Assembly (NCBI GenBank): GCA_976551045.1
Contig: CDPCPM010000060.1
Span: 3,224,001 to 3,288,000 of the forward strand
Direction of reading: 5' to 3'
DNA from: Glaucostegus cemiculus
Taxonomy: Eukaryota
Length of the DNA stretch: 64,000 bases
In this document: in pieces, positions 39,481-51,720 of the stretch
Numbering within the stretch: position 1 is the first letter of the stretch
Layout of the letters: each line of letters begins with the position of its first letter
The notes under the pieces: generated by a model
Database searches by the model: none
The model's input: only the letters and a program-made list of their open reading frames with translations
What the model was told of the DNA's origin: nothing
Made by a program: the position numbers and the translations under genes

Positions 39481-42272
39481 CAATAATCAGATGCAAGTTC
39501 ACAACCAAGACTTCAGAGTCCAAACCAATGTTGGAATTATAACTCAAGCCAAACATTGATAATTCCTTGTACGAATTATGAAAATTGATTTTTAAATTAG
39601 ATTATTAATGCCAAGTGGCATATGAAGCCTAGGGCAAGTAATATGTTTATTTGTTACAAATTAACCTTCTTAAACTTTTACAACACATGGAACCTTTTTT
39701 AGAGTAGTTTTTAAAAGAACCACTTCAGGCCCCTAAGCATCTTCAACATTTATACATGAGATCAAGTATTTTTCTCAGTTAATGTCCAGTTCATTTCCCT
39801 TTTTCCTTTCCAGGCATTGCTTGTGTAACTCATTTGGTACTGCAGTCAATCGGATAATGTGTAGACAAAAGATGATCACAATCATCAAAGATTTAAAACC
39901 TCCATAAATTAATGTTTTGTAGGAAAGTCAATATTAGACAAGGATTTTCTCCACATCTAATTTTAAGAAATTGAGAGTAACAAGTTCCCACAATAATAGC
40001 TGCATGGTATACATCTAACATTTTCAATCTGAAACACATTCCCTCACATATCTTTAACATTAAAAATAAATGCCTTAATATATTAAAAAGATTAAATGGC
40101 TTAATCTATTCAATTCAAAATTCAATACATAATCCTTCAACCCAAGCACTGATTGCAATTTGATTCTTGAACATCTCTGAGGAGCCAGTGATCAAAAAGT
40201 GTTTGCTTGACTTCAACTAACAATGAATCAGAAAGGCCCCATTCATGAGAAACATGTTTGCTGCTGATTCCAGAGCCTCCTCTTTGGTCCTCAAAGCAAC
40301 TGGAACAGCCCCATTTTCCTGACTGATGACGAAAGTCTGAAGAGAACTAAAGTCATCTGGCTACCATGATTCAGATTTGTGAACAAGAGAGATAGTAACA
40401 GTAAACAAGGCAGAACTAAAAGAGAAACCAGGTTTGATTCCCAAATTGCTATTCTCAATCAATATCTGTATAAATCTGCTCTACAAGTTGAGGCTACCAT
40501 TTGTTTACTGGTATACCATACCAACAAGAACTTTAGCTTACTCCCCTCAAAGTATCCAGATTACAATAGCCCCACTGACTTTTCCCACAGTATGACTATT
40601 CTTGGAAAATAGCTTTCAATGTCTATCTAGTTTTGGATTAATCACAAATTTGCAAGTACCAAAGATTACTCCAATGTGAACAACTACCAGTGACTATGTT
40701 CATCAATTACAAAGCAATTAGTGGTCTTACACTGGAGTACAAAATGCCCGATCACCACATCATGCTTAGCTACAAAAGAACCTGCTCATGGATCCCTGGA
40801 TTTGTTCAGAACTTCTATTCCCCAGAATGATAATTTTTGATGTTAAAAAAAATTCAAATGCCTGCTTCCATTCCATCCTCTTTCCCCCACCACACTTGCA
40901 AACCCATTTTATAAAGTACCGAGCTGGCTCACATCTTTGCTTTAAGTAGACAACACCTAATGTCAAATTAAACTAAATGGTTTGGCTTTCTGGAGGGCGA
41001 CATTTAGACAGCCAGATCAGTGCTGGACCAAGTTCCCATCACACTGATGTGCAAATTTAGTTAATGATACAAGTGCAGCTTAACCAAACACCAAGATAAC
41101 TGAGATACCATACAAGACTTTAAATGAGTTCAGGTAACTTTTTAATGCATCGACTTGTTCAGGCAGGAATCATGCACACAAACAGAGGCAGCTTTAGCCC
41201 TACAAAAATGGAACATCTGGCCTGCGTAAAATGCAAGATCACGCATGACAATCTTTCCCTAATGCAATCCTTATCCAGCTACAAAAGATTGCCAAGGAAT
41301 TGCTTCCAAGCAGAAGGCAGCAAAAATCATTGGCACCAGTGTGGATAGTAAGTAGCATATGCAAAGGTGGCCTCAGGTGATCACACCAATGATCACTGGG
41401 GACAATTCATACAGCCAATACATTTTCCAACTATCCTCAATATCCATTTTTGGATTTTTGAGTGGATTACCCAAGGCAAAGAATACAGCTTTAAAATGTG
41501 ATTTTACTTTTAAAACTTTCCCCAGGTCTCCATCCAAAATTGTTTTCTTTCCTTTTGCTGGAAGATGAACTGAGATCTGATGACAACTGAAGAAGGGCCA
41601 GGTAAATGCCCATGCCTGCACTGTAATCAATGGTTGCAGATACGCAAGAATGTTTCAAATTGCTTTTGCCTTCAAGATTTCTTCTCAAAAATTGTTATAT
41701 TGGTTTAGCCAACAATAAAACTCAAAAGTTGTAGAAAGCTACCTTCACCAAGAGAAATACAGTACTCAAAACTGTACATTTGCTGACACTTATTAGCTAC
41801 TGGCCACAATCCCTCAAACAAATATTTTCACCTGTTAACTCTCCAAGTGCTCATTTATTAACCTTTTCCACAACTGCAAGCTTCTGAAATATACTGCTTC
41901 AATTATTTTTTGTGCATCCTCTATTTCTCTGACTTGGCATTGGCAGCTGGCCTGGGTCCTATGCTCAGAATCACTCCTTAAAAGTTATTTGCTTTTCCTT
42001 CCACTCATTACCATCTTCCTGTCTCTTAATCATCCTCCCTAATCTTCTGGTTTGTCATCGAATTTTTGTCAATGACATGCTCTGGGATATTTTTTAGTTA
42101 AAATGACTATCAAATGCAAGTTGCTGCTGTTGATAACAAATAATAAAACAATCACACTCTTAAAAATGGATGTTCATCCCGTAAAGATGGAGGTGGAAAG
42201 CTTTGTGATTTTTGCATCCTTTAAACAGCAACATGCTCTCCCAGGTCACAGGTTAGGGTAAAGAATGGACAA

Positions 42273-42703
42273 ACTTACAGTTCTGTAGTACCTCATCACA
42301 TCCTCAGGATGTTCCAAAGCACTTTATAGTCAATTAATTACTTCTGAAGTGCATTCACTTTTATGATGCAGACAAACATGGCAGCCAGTGTGCACACAGC
42401 AAGGTCACACAATTAATTAAGCTGTTTTTGGTGGTATTGTTTAATGGAAGAATGCTGTCCAGGACACCAGGAGAACTAAGCTCCTCTTCTTCAAGTTGTT
42501 CCATGGAATCTTTACCATTCACCTGAAAAAGCAGAATGTGCCTTATTTTAAACATCTCATCTAGAGGGCTGCACCTCTGACAATACAGCACTTCTTCAGT
42601 ACTGTACTGGACTATCAGCTCAGATAATGCCCACAAGTCCTGGAATGAGCTTTAAACCCACAATCTACTGACCCAGAGCAAGTAAGCGACATTGACTCAA
42701 AGC
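42273..42703 (-). mobile_element. DeuSINE (SacSINE1/AmnSINE1-like) full-length copy
   Basis: The - strand has a degenerate tRNA-like head, a Deu-domain-like ..cagtactga..agtgctg..ttgtcagaggtgc..gatgagatg..aaagattccatgg..cctggtgtcctgg segment and an L2-like tail. Confidence 0.7.
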
Positions 42704-42796
42704 ATCAATTTATTATCACTCTTAGGGATTCCTTCATGTATTTTGACAAATTCAGAGCAGCAGGACTCTCATTCCCATGTAAAGTCCAGATAGCTA

Positions 42797-43087
<291 letters not shown>

Positions 43088-43599
43088 CTATGAGAAAAGA
43101 ATAATAAAAACTTTAGAATAAGCTAACAAATTTCACACTGATTTAACGTTATTACGGTAATTTTACAATAATGACAACTCTGATACCCATTCAAACAGGT
43201 AAAATTTTGTACCTAACTATGCATTTTAAGGTCCCATGGTTAAGAGCAAAGCAAATTACCTCGAGTCCATTTGCAAAATATTTATTACAACCTGCAGTAT
43301 TAATTTCAGTTTACTACCTCTCTGTATTAGTTGATAAAACCTTATTGATAATAACTTTTTGTTTTACATTAACATCTTTCAACACCAAAAATTGTGTTTG
43401 CATTATTGTGTCCACTTTCTATGCAACACTAAATACATGGTTTTGGTATTTAGCATAAATATGTTAATTTCATTACAGAAATCTAGCATTCTGAAATAGT
43501 ATTATTTTAGTTGCAGCCTTAAAGTTACATAGCTGGACCTTAATAGCAGCATAAGGATGAAGAAATCATTAATCCTTATCAAATCTAGTGATATACAAG

Positions 43600-43791
43600 A
43601 TACGAATCATGGGAACAGCTTCTTCCCCTCTGCCATCAGATTTCTGAATGATCCACGACCACCACCTCCTTATTCCTCTTTTGCACTGTTTATTTTTGTA
43701 ATTTATAGTCATTTTTATGTCTTGCACTGTAATGCTGCCACAGAACAACAAATGTCACGACATATGTCAGTGATAATAAATTTGGTTCTGA
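43600..43791 (+). mobile_element. Rex/Babar-type 3' end fragment
   Basis: NSFFPSAIRFLN followed by a 3'UTR ending gataataaa..gttctga. Confidence 0.7.
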
Positions 43792-43982
43792 CATCAAACA
43801 AATGGAGAGGGATAAGTAAATGATGCCTGCCCCCAATGTGATCAAAAACGGAGGAGTGTTTGCATCCGAGAGATTAAAACGCCTCAGAACAAGCACCAAG
43901 TGCTAGCGAACATCAAATGGAGGGCGAATAATATCCAAACCCTACCACTGATACACACAGGGCGGGCAGGTCACATCTCCGA

Positions 43983-44085
43983 CAACACACAAGATGCAAG
44001 AGGAACTCAGCGGGTCGGGCAGTGCCTATGGAGGAAAAATTGTCAGTCGACGTTTCGAGTCGTAAACCCTTCACCTGGATCCTGA
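43983..44085 (-). mobile_element. Penelope-derived pLTR fragment with a degenerate hammerhead core
   Basis: The - strand reads CAGGTGA A GGGT ttacg ACTC GAAAC GTC GAC. Confidence 0.6.
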
Positions 44086-44537
44086 CCCAGAAAATCTGCC
44101 TCCCCCCGTCAGGTCACAGCTCCACATATTGAACTGGCATACACACGGCCCAAGCATGTGGTGCAAAGATAAGAGCATCGAACTACCATTGCCCCTCCGC
44201 CTGGGCAGCCCGCACTGGGGCCGGGCCCCACCGCCAGCCCTCCTTTCAGGCGGAAAGTTGGCTTTGGGCGAGTTTACCATGAGTGGGGGCTACCGGTTGT
44301 TGTGGGACCCCCCCAGACCTCCTCCTCCTCCTCGAGTAGATTTAGGACAAAACAAAAAGCGGGCGGAGAAACCCCCAGGGGCCGGGGTGGAGGACGCAAC
44401 CGCAGCCAGGACCGAAGCCCCCGGCAGCCGACACAACAGGCCGCTGCCGGCGGCACCCCTCCCCGTCAGGATTTTCACCCCACACTCCGGGCCGAGGCCA
44501 AGGCCTGGTGTCCCCGAGCTCGGCTGCTCTAACCCTC

Positions 44538-44556
44538 CACACACACACACACACAC
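44538..44556. repeat. (CA)n microsatellite
   Basis: About 9 CA units, 20 nt into C11orf58 intron 1. Confidence 0.9.
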
Positions 44557-44576
44557 GAGGAATTAGGATGATTTAC

Positions 44577-44636
44577 AGTGGGTGAGGCCGGCCTCTTGGC
44601 GCTGTGCTCCCTCCGGCTCCCGTCCGCAGAACTCAT
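44577..44636 (-). CDS. C11orf58: C11orf58/SMAP (small acidic protein) exon 1, MSSADGSRREHSAKRPASPT
   Basis: ATG (aagATG) inside the CpG island, donor ACT|gtaaat; 60 nt. Resembles the recalled human start MSAARESHPHGVKRSASP. Confidence 0.88.
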
Positions 44637-44757
44637 CTTGTTTTTCCCTCTCCCCCCTCCTCCTGCTCCCGGCTCAGCAGCGCCACTTGCCCAGCCTGCC
44701 CGCCTCGCTTTAAGCCGGCCTCGCCTTCTCGGCAACCCTCGGCATGTCGGCCGCATC

Positions 44758-44776
44758 GCATCCTGGGACCTGTAGT
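44758..44776 (-). promoter_or_regulatory. ZNF143/THAP11 (ACTACAnnTCCCA, SBS-type) motif
   Basis: The - strand reads ACTACAGGTCCCAGGATGC, matching ACTACAnnTCCCAnnATGC. Confidence 0.75.
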
Positions 44777-44819
44777 TCACCCGCTCCCGCAACTCCCGCC
44801 GGACCGTGGCTGCGAATGC

Positions 44820-44832
44820 ACTACAACTCCCA
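44820..44832 (+). promoter_or_regulatory. Second ZNF143/THAP11 motif, opposite orientation
   Basis: ACTACAACTCCCA on the + strand. Confidence 0.75.
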
Positions 44833-45182
44833 TCGTCCAGCGCGCTGCCGAGCAGAACCAGGCTGCCCGTGTTGTCTGTGGAGCGGCACAGCGGGCAGAG
44901 AGCATTGTGCTGGAGAGTGACCCACTTTGCCCATTTCAGATAAAGCAGATGCTGGATTGCACGTTGTCAGCAGCGGAAAGACAACTGCACGTGTCCCTCA
45001 AAATAGAGGCACCACTCAATTACAGATCTATGAAATCTAATCAAACCATAATCATCTCACAACATAAATAAACAGAAAATGCTATAAGCTGACAAGGGTC
45101 TCTGGACCGAAATGTTTACTGTTTCTATTTTGACCTGCTGAATATTCCCAGGGTTTTCCGTTTTTGATTATCAGTTTAGAGC

Positions 45183-45975
45183 AAGAACATAGAACAGTAC
45201 AGCACAGGAACAGGCCCTTTGTCCCACTATGTCCTTGTTAACCGTGATGCCAATTTAAACTGCACATCTACCTGCATGTGATCTATATCCCTCAGTTCCC
45301 TGCCTGTTTACATACCTCTCTAAACGCCTCTTTAACATTGCTATTGTATCTGCTTCCACCTCCTCTCCTGACCTACCACACTCTCAGTAAAAAAAAATTG
45401 CCACCTAAATTTCTTTTAAACATTTCCCCTCTCACCTTAAAGCTATGCCCTCCAGTATTTGACATTTCTATCCTGGGAAAAATACTCTTACTATCTACCC
45501 TACTTATGCCTCTCATCATTTTATAAACTTCTATCAGGTCTGCCCTCACCCTTCAATACGCCAGAGAAAACAATCTAAGTTTGTCTAACCTCCTCTTATA
45601 AGTAATATTCTGACACTACTCATAATTGCACACTTCAAATGTGGCCTGCCCAAAATTTTATACAGCTGCAACTTGACTTCTCATCTTTTATACTCAGGAC
45701 CCTGACTGATGAAGGTAAATATGCCATATGCCTTTTTATCATCCTATCTACTTGCATTGCCACTTTCAGGGAGCTATGGACTTGCATACCAAGATCCCAA
45801 TGCTCCTAAGGGTCCTACCATTTACTGTATACTTTCCTCTTTTGAGTGCAACACCTTATACTTGTCCATTGTGATTAAACTCCATTTGCCATTCTCTGCC
45901 TACATTTCCAGTTGGTCTATATCATGCCAAATCCTTTGACAACTTTCCTCACTATCCACAACTCCACCAACTTAT
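45183..45975 (-). mobile_element. CR1 3' fragment
   Basis: aagaacatagaacagtacagcacaggaacaggccc tail plus RT remnants. Confidence 0.85.
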
Positions 45976-46399
45976 TCTTCCAAATCATTTAACTGCATTT
46001 TTTTACAATTTTTCTACATTTCTTTTTATTTTTAATGTAAACCACAACTTTATTTTCAGTGTCAATAAGTATCAAGTCTGACAGCGTCTCATGACCTAGT
46101 CTCATACCAGCCATGGTAGGCCCCAATATAAATTAATGCTCTGAAACATTAATGCAAGTTGATATTTCGCAACCAGGTTGCAAAGCCCTCTCTGCAATCA
46201 AGTTCATGATCAAGCTCTCTATATGTTGTCAAAACTAATATGAAATAGATTTAAAGCAAATCTTAGTTTTGAAAGAAAAAGTAATTTGATGGCTTCAATC
46301 TGAGGCAGTGAATCAAGATGAAATGTTAACATATTTTTAATTTGTTCTGCTGTGACTGCACCATTGTTTGAGGCTTATGGTCCTTCTTAGATTGTCATG

Positions 46400-48760
46400 C
46401 AGGATCACAGATGACTTACATTCTGGTTTTGTGGGTTCTGAGGTGGACAATGAGGATCTGTGGAGTCTTCCACAAATTGGGCAGGAGATGCCTTGGAGTG
46501 TGGGCAGGTGCAGAGTTTGTTTTTAACTGCTTACACTTGGTCTTTGTGGACTCTTTAAGCATATCCTCAGGGTTCTCAATACCATTCTGAATTTACTTCT
46601 CTACCTTGAGCAGACATGTGCCAGACAGTCCCAGGAGTGAGTAAGGGTACTGCATTTCCTCAAGGAGGCTTTGAGTACATCCTCTTTCTGTCTGATAATC
46701 TCTTCCCATGTCAGAGCTGACTGAAAAGAGTCTGTTTTGGGAGTTTTGGATCTTGCTCGCAAATGATGTGGCCTATTCAACATAGTCAGCAGAGTGTAAC
46801 TGGGATGTTGACCTGAGCGAGGACACTGATATTGTTTTGCTCATCCTTCCAATGAGTTTGGTGTACTCTGTAAACAGTATTGGTGGTAGCTTTCAATGTC
46901 ACTGCTGTAGGTTGTCCAGCACTCAAGCATAAGTGGGGGCTTCATTTAAAGCTTAGAGCACAGCCTTTGAGTGTGCACATGCATGCATGCTCTGCAAACT
47001 GAAGCTTGACCACTGAGGTTCAAGTATCCTTGATTCTGGAACTTGCCACAGGTTGAACAGTTTCATATTCGTTTTGAAGATTAGCTCCATTCCCACTGGA
47101 AGTTAGTTGGAATTGAGAGGCAATAGCAAGAAAGATGGAGAAACGTGTTCTGGCAACACCACATTCTTGTCTTAACATTGATCCTCACTGACAATGGAAG
47201 CAGTTTTGTAGCATACCTGTTAGTAAATATCACACTTTTCATGCTATCACAGAGCAAGCGTAAAACAGGGATGAATTTCTGTAGACAGTCAAATTTGACA
47301 GTCTCTCACAATTGATGAAGGCTTGGTGACGTCTAGGCAGGCCACGTATAATAGCTGGTGCTGCTCCCTGTATTTTTCTTAAAGAAAGGTGCAAATTATT
47401 TTCATCTCTGGATGAACAGAATCCACAATGTGATTTGAGATCAGCACTTCGGCCACAGAAAGGTGGTTGAGCAGGACAGCAGATGAATCCCTATGTACTT
47501 GCTGCAGTTGGATGTACCTCCTTTCTCCCTTGAAATACCCTCCTTTTCCCAGATGTGGGTGATGAGGCTGTAGATTTGTTAGAAACTCTTCACTGTCAAG
47601 TTTTAGAATTTTGTGGACCAAAGGGCCTGTTGCTGTGCTGTACTTTTCTATGTGCAATGTTCTGTTTCAATAAGGATATCATCTACTCCCATGGCCTTGT
47701 TATTTTTTAAAATTCTGATATGGCCTTCCTGACTTCTTGCAGGTTAGCAATGATGGCCTGGAAAGATTGCTGTGAAATGGAATGATGTACACCCAGGTCC
47801 AGGACTGATGCAGTTGAGGAGGTCTTTTAAGTGTTCCTTCCAACAGGTGACTCCCTCTCTGTCCCCAGTGAGTTCACCCTGTTCCTGGCCCTCAGAAGGG
47901 TGGTGCTTTTAGAGCACCGAGGAACCCACACATTATAACTGTTGGGGTGTTGGTGAGCCTCCTGCATTTCATCCATCCATCATCTGTTCTTTAGTTCTTG
48001 CATTTTCTGCTGAACCTCTGCCTTTAGGTATCTGTAATGTTCTTTCTTTTCTCTTAGCTAAAGGCAGAGGTTCCAATCTAGGAACACCTTACTTATGTAA
48101 TTAATTATCTCTTTGATCTACTTCTTATTCTCATCAAACCAGTCCTGTCTCCTCTCATCAGAGACAAGTGTCTCTTCACAGGTGACTTCAGGTCAGTCCA
48201 TAAGCTGTGGAAAGTTTGCAGCTCCTGTAGTTTGGGAGTTGATAGACAACCTGTCAAATCCCAGACAACCTGAGAGATCAGGTCAAAGAAAAGCATGCTT
48301 TGTTGGTTTTTGAAAGCATCAACATTGATCTTGTGGCAATGCTTCTGTTGATGCTGATGCTCTGGGGCAAGTTAATGGAGACAGTGGAGTGAATGAAATT
48401 GCCTGGCAGTCATTGTGCCCATCATAGCTCAGGTAATGCAGACATCTTTGCACTCCTTTGCTTGGATGATGATATACTCTAGCAGGTGTCAGTGCTTGCA
48501 ACTGGGTTATTGTCATAACATCTTATGCTCATCTCTCTGATGAAACAAGATGTTCATTATCACAAGGCATTCTCCAGGCATGCTATCAAGAAAAGGTCCC
48601 TGATGGAGTTAGCCTTCCCTCATCCACTCTTGCTGATCACACCTGGCCAGAGGGTTACATTCCTTCCTACCCTGGTGCTGAAGTCACCCAGAAGATCAGT
48701 TCTCCCTTTGGGATGTGGACCTGGATTTTTTCAAGGTCAGAGGTGAAGTTCTCCTTGACG
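46400..48760 (-). mobile_element. Highly degraded RTE-clade LINE
   Basis: The reverse strand resembles 24540-25335 (KDVLKASLRKC...WDCLA) with scattered RT/EN remnants. Confidence 0.5.
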
Positions 48761-49544
48761 TTGTCTGAAGCTTCTTGAGTTGGGGTATATGCACTGTTGG
48801 CTGTGGTATGTTAAATCCATGTTGGTATGAGCCAAAGAGTCATAAGGCATTCACTAATTCTGTAGGGCGAGTCACTGATAAGACAGACCAGCTCCTTATC
48901 CAGTTTGCACCTCCAGAAAACATGTACCCGTTATCTTGTACCCATTATCTTCCTCAACTAACTTACTTCTTAAGGTACATATTTCCAGGTACTATCAGAA
49001 TAAAACTAATAAATGCAAATTTCCCATTATAAATCATATGCAAATGTTTTTTCAACAGATAAACTTTTCTGTGTATAAATTATATTTGCTTTATTCTTAG
49101 CTGTAACAACAAGCTTCCCCCCCCCCAAAAGGACAATTGTCTTTCAGAAAATTCTAATGAACTTGCAATTGGTAGAACTTCTATAAATATTCAAGAATGG
49201 GAAAAGTATTTCAGTTCATCTAATCTCATTCAGGATTAACAGATCCCACATTGCCACTTACAATTGTTTTTGAATAACCAACAACAAAACAGACATTTGT
49301 TAGATCAATTAAATTATTTGTGGGATATTCCAACAGTATTTTGTTTTGGAAATGGTATATTGAAATGGATAAGCAGCCAACAGGTAGCTGGAGAAGTAAC
49401 AGTTTTTTACAATTGTAAAATTGTACAGAAAGAATACCTTGTGTAAGTAGATTATTCCATCAATAAAAGAGCAAAATTAAACTACATATTTGTAGCAATT
49501 AATTCCACTCAGGAGGGTAATTGATTATAAAAAGTAGTGTTTAA

Positions 49545-49768
49545 AAGCAAAACACAGTGGATGCTGGAAATCTGAAATAAAAACAGAAAATGCTAGAAAT
49601 GACCAGCAGGTTAGGCAGTATCTATGGTGAGAGAAACAATTAATGTTTCAGGTGAATGACCTTTCATCAGAACTGTTGAGGTCATTCACCTGAATGTTAA
49701 CTCTGTTTCTTTCTCCACAGATGCTGCCAGATTTGTTGGTTATCTCCAGCATTTTCTGTTTTTTTATT
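49545..49768. mobile_element. Palindromic Penelope-derived non-autonomous element
   Basis: Inverted arms aataaaaacagaaaatgct...tcaggtgaatgacct and aggtcattcacctga...agcattttctgttttt. Confidence 0.75.
49637..49675 (-). ncRNA. Minimal type I hammerhead ribozyme motif (Penelope-type), near-intact
   Basis: CAGUU-CUGAUGA-A-AGGU(cauuc)ACCU-GAAAC-AUU-AAUUG: conserved core, 4-bp stem II, 5-bp stem I. The stem III palindrome ACGU is changed to ACAU. Confidence 0.6.
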
Positions 49769-49779
49769 ATTTTAAACTA

Positions 49780-50295
49780 ATCAGAATCAGTTTTATTGTC
49801 ACAACCACATACAGACATTGTATGCATAGGAGCAAGATACCGTCCTCCTCAGGTGCACGTCCCATTAAATAACAAACAGAAGAGACACACTGAACAAAAG
49901 AACCCATTAAAACTGCGGAAGTTTAAATTAAATATGGCAGGTTAAGTAAATAGTTTTAAAGTGAACGAGCTGGTGTCGGGCATTTAAAGTGCTGGTGCAT
50001 TTCTGTGCGCCTAGCATCCCTTAGTGTTAACAAAGTAGCTGGAGGAATGAGAGAGTTCACAGTTCTGATGGCTTGCGGAAAGAAGCTATTGCTCAGCCTG
50101 GTCGTTCTCGCCCTGATACATTTGAGCCTCCTTCCAGATGGCAAAATTGTAAAGAGATGATGGGAGGGGTGAGAAGGATCTGCCATTATATTGTTGGTCT
50201 TCCTAAAACAACAGTCCTTGTATATGTCTGCAATGGATGGAAGAGAGACACCTACGGTCCTCTCCACAGCCCTAACTATCCTCTGGAGGGACTCT
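49780..50295 (-). mobile_element. Rex1/Babar-type LINE copy 3
   Basis: Same C-terminus, 3'UTR and ATCAGA tail as copies 1 and 2, slightly more diverged. Confidence 0.9.
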
Positions 50296-50479
50296 TCCGT
50301 TCCGTTAAAAAGCATTTTAGCGGTATAAAAAGCATAAAAAGTGCCACAGGGCTTAAAAATAAGTGAAGTTGTAAAAGAGGTGAAAAGGGTATTTAAGCTC
50401 AATAAATATAAAAATAAAACACTTGACTTAAATCAAAACATAATAATCAATTGTCCATAATCATATTTGCTTTGATCAC

Positions 50480-51720
50480 TGAATAGCTACAGTAAGGATG
50501 GGGGGCCATTTGGCCTGTCAAGTTCACAATGACTATATGAGCGATCTAATTAGTCCCATTTCCCCATTCTCTCCCCAATTTATTTTCACTTACTTATATA
50601 ATTCCCTTTTGAATGCTTATTGAATCCTCTTCCATTACCAGCCCTGGATGTGCAATCCACACCCAACCAATTACTGTGCAAAAAAACCCAATTCTTCATG
50701 TCACTTTTGGATATCTTGCCAACCACTTTTATTCTCTGTTCCCTAGTTATTATCTCTTTGTCAATGGTAACAGTTCTTCTCTGTCTACCCCATCTGTACT
50801 CTTCATGACTTTAAATACCTGTCTGATCCCCTCACAGCCTCCTCTGCTCCAAGAACAGCAACTACAGTTTCTCCAGTCTATCCTGTAGTGAATCTCTTCT
50901 GAACTGTCCCTATAGCTTTTATATCTTCTGCAAGTGTAGCATCCAGAATGCATTACAATGCTATTGATGTTGCTAAAGCAGATCAGAATCAGAATCAGTT
51001 TTATTGTCACAACCATATACATACATGGTACGCATAGGAGCGAGATACCGTCCTCCACAGGAACACGTCTCATAGAAAAGAATAACATAACAACCAACAG
51101 AGAGACACATACACACTTGGCAGAATACACAGTACAAAACATTACTCATTAGTTCTTACATAAATAGATCTTAAAGTGAACGGGCTGGTTCACTTTGTCA
51201 TGACTTCCTGGCTCGTGTACCATGTGATTCTTTTTATAAGTCAGTATGCTTTTTAATCAACTCCTCTATCTGGCCTACTGCATTCAACAAACTATGCACG
51301 TGTACCATCCAAGCTCTCTGTTTTCAAGCCCTTTTAGAATTGTACCTTCTAGTTTATTTATTTTTTCATTCTTTTTGTAGCACTCATATTTCTCAGCACT
51401 AAATTTCCTCTGCCACTTAGCCACCCATATGCCTTCAAATTTGGGTCATATATAAATTTGGAAATTATGCTTTGCATAACCAAGTCCAAGTCATTAATAT
51501 AAATTAAGAAAAGCACTGGTCCTGGTTCTAAACCCAGGAGACTCCAGTGTACATTGCCCTCCAATCCGAAAAACTTTTACTAACTGTTTCGTGTACTTAG
51601 CCAGTTTTTATATCCATGCAGCTATATTCTCTTTCGTTGCATGGCCCTTCAGTGATGAGCCTATGATGTGGTGGCACCTGTTAACCACCTTTTGGAAATC
51701 CATGTATAAAACACCATTTC
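50480..51720 (-). mobile_element. Degraded CR1 fragment containing Rex copy 4
   Basis: GPVLFLIYINDLD RT motif and QVFKVMK..DGVDREELLPL. Confidence 0.75.
50982..51189 (-). mobile_element. Rex1/Babar-type LINE copy 4 (3'UTR only)
   Basis: atcagaatcagaatcagttttattgtcacaacc start identical to copies 1-3. Confidence 0.88.

Larger units (their letters stand above)
44100..44920. promoter_or_regulatory. CpG-island promoter of C11orf58
   Basis: The only strongly GC- and CpG-rich stretch in the window; it spans exon 1. Confidence 0.85.

Noticed and set aside
39038-39559. 173-aa Pro/Leu/Ser-rich ORF
   Set aside because: Low-complexity frame through the pyrimidine-rich part of a Penelope pLTR.
40323-40340. 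ctgatgacgaaagtctga, resembling a hammerhead core or snoRNA C/D boxes
   Set aside because: There is no room for stem II, the C and D boxes are far too close together, and it is antisense to the host gene.
44071-45071. Cluster of overlapping 60-155 aa ORFs
   Set aside because: Explained by stop-codon scarcity in the CpG island; only 44577-44636 (-) has homology and splice support.
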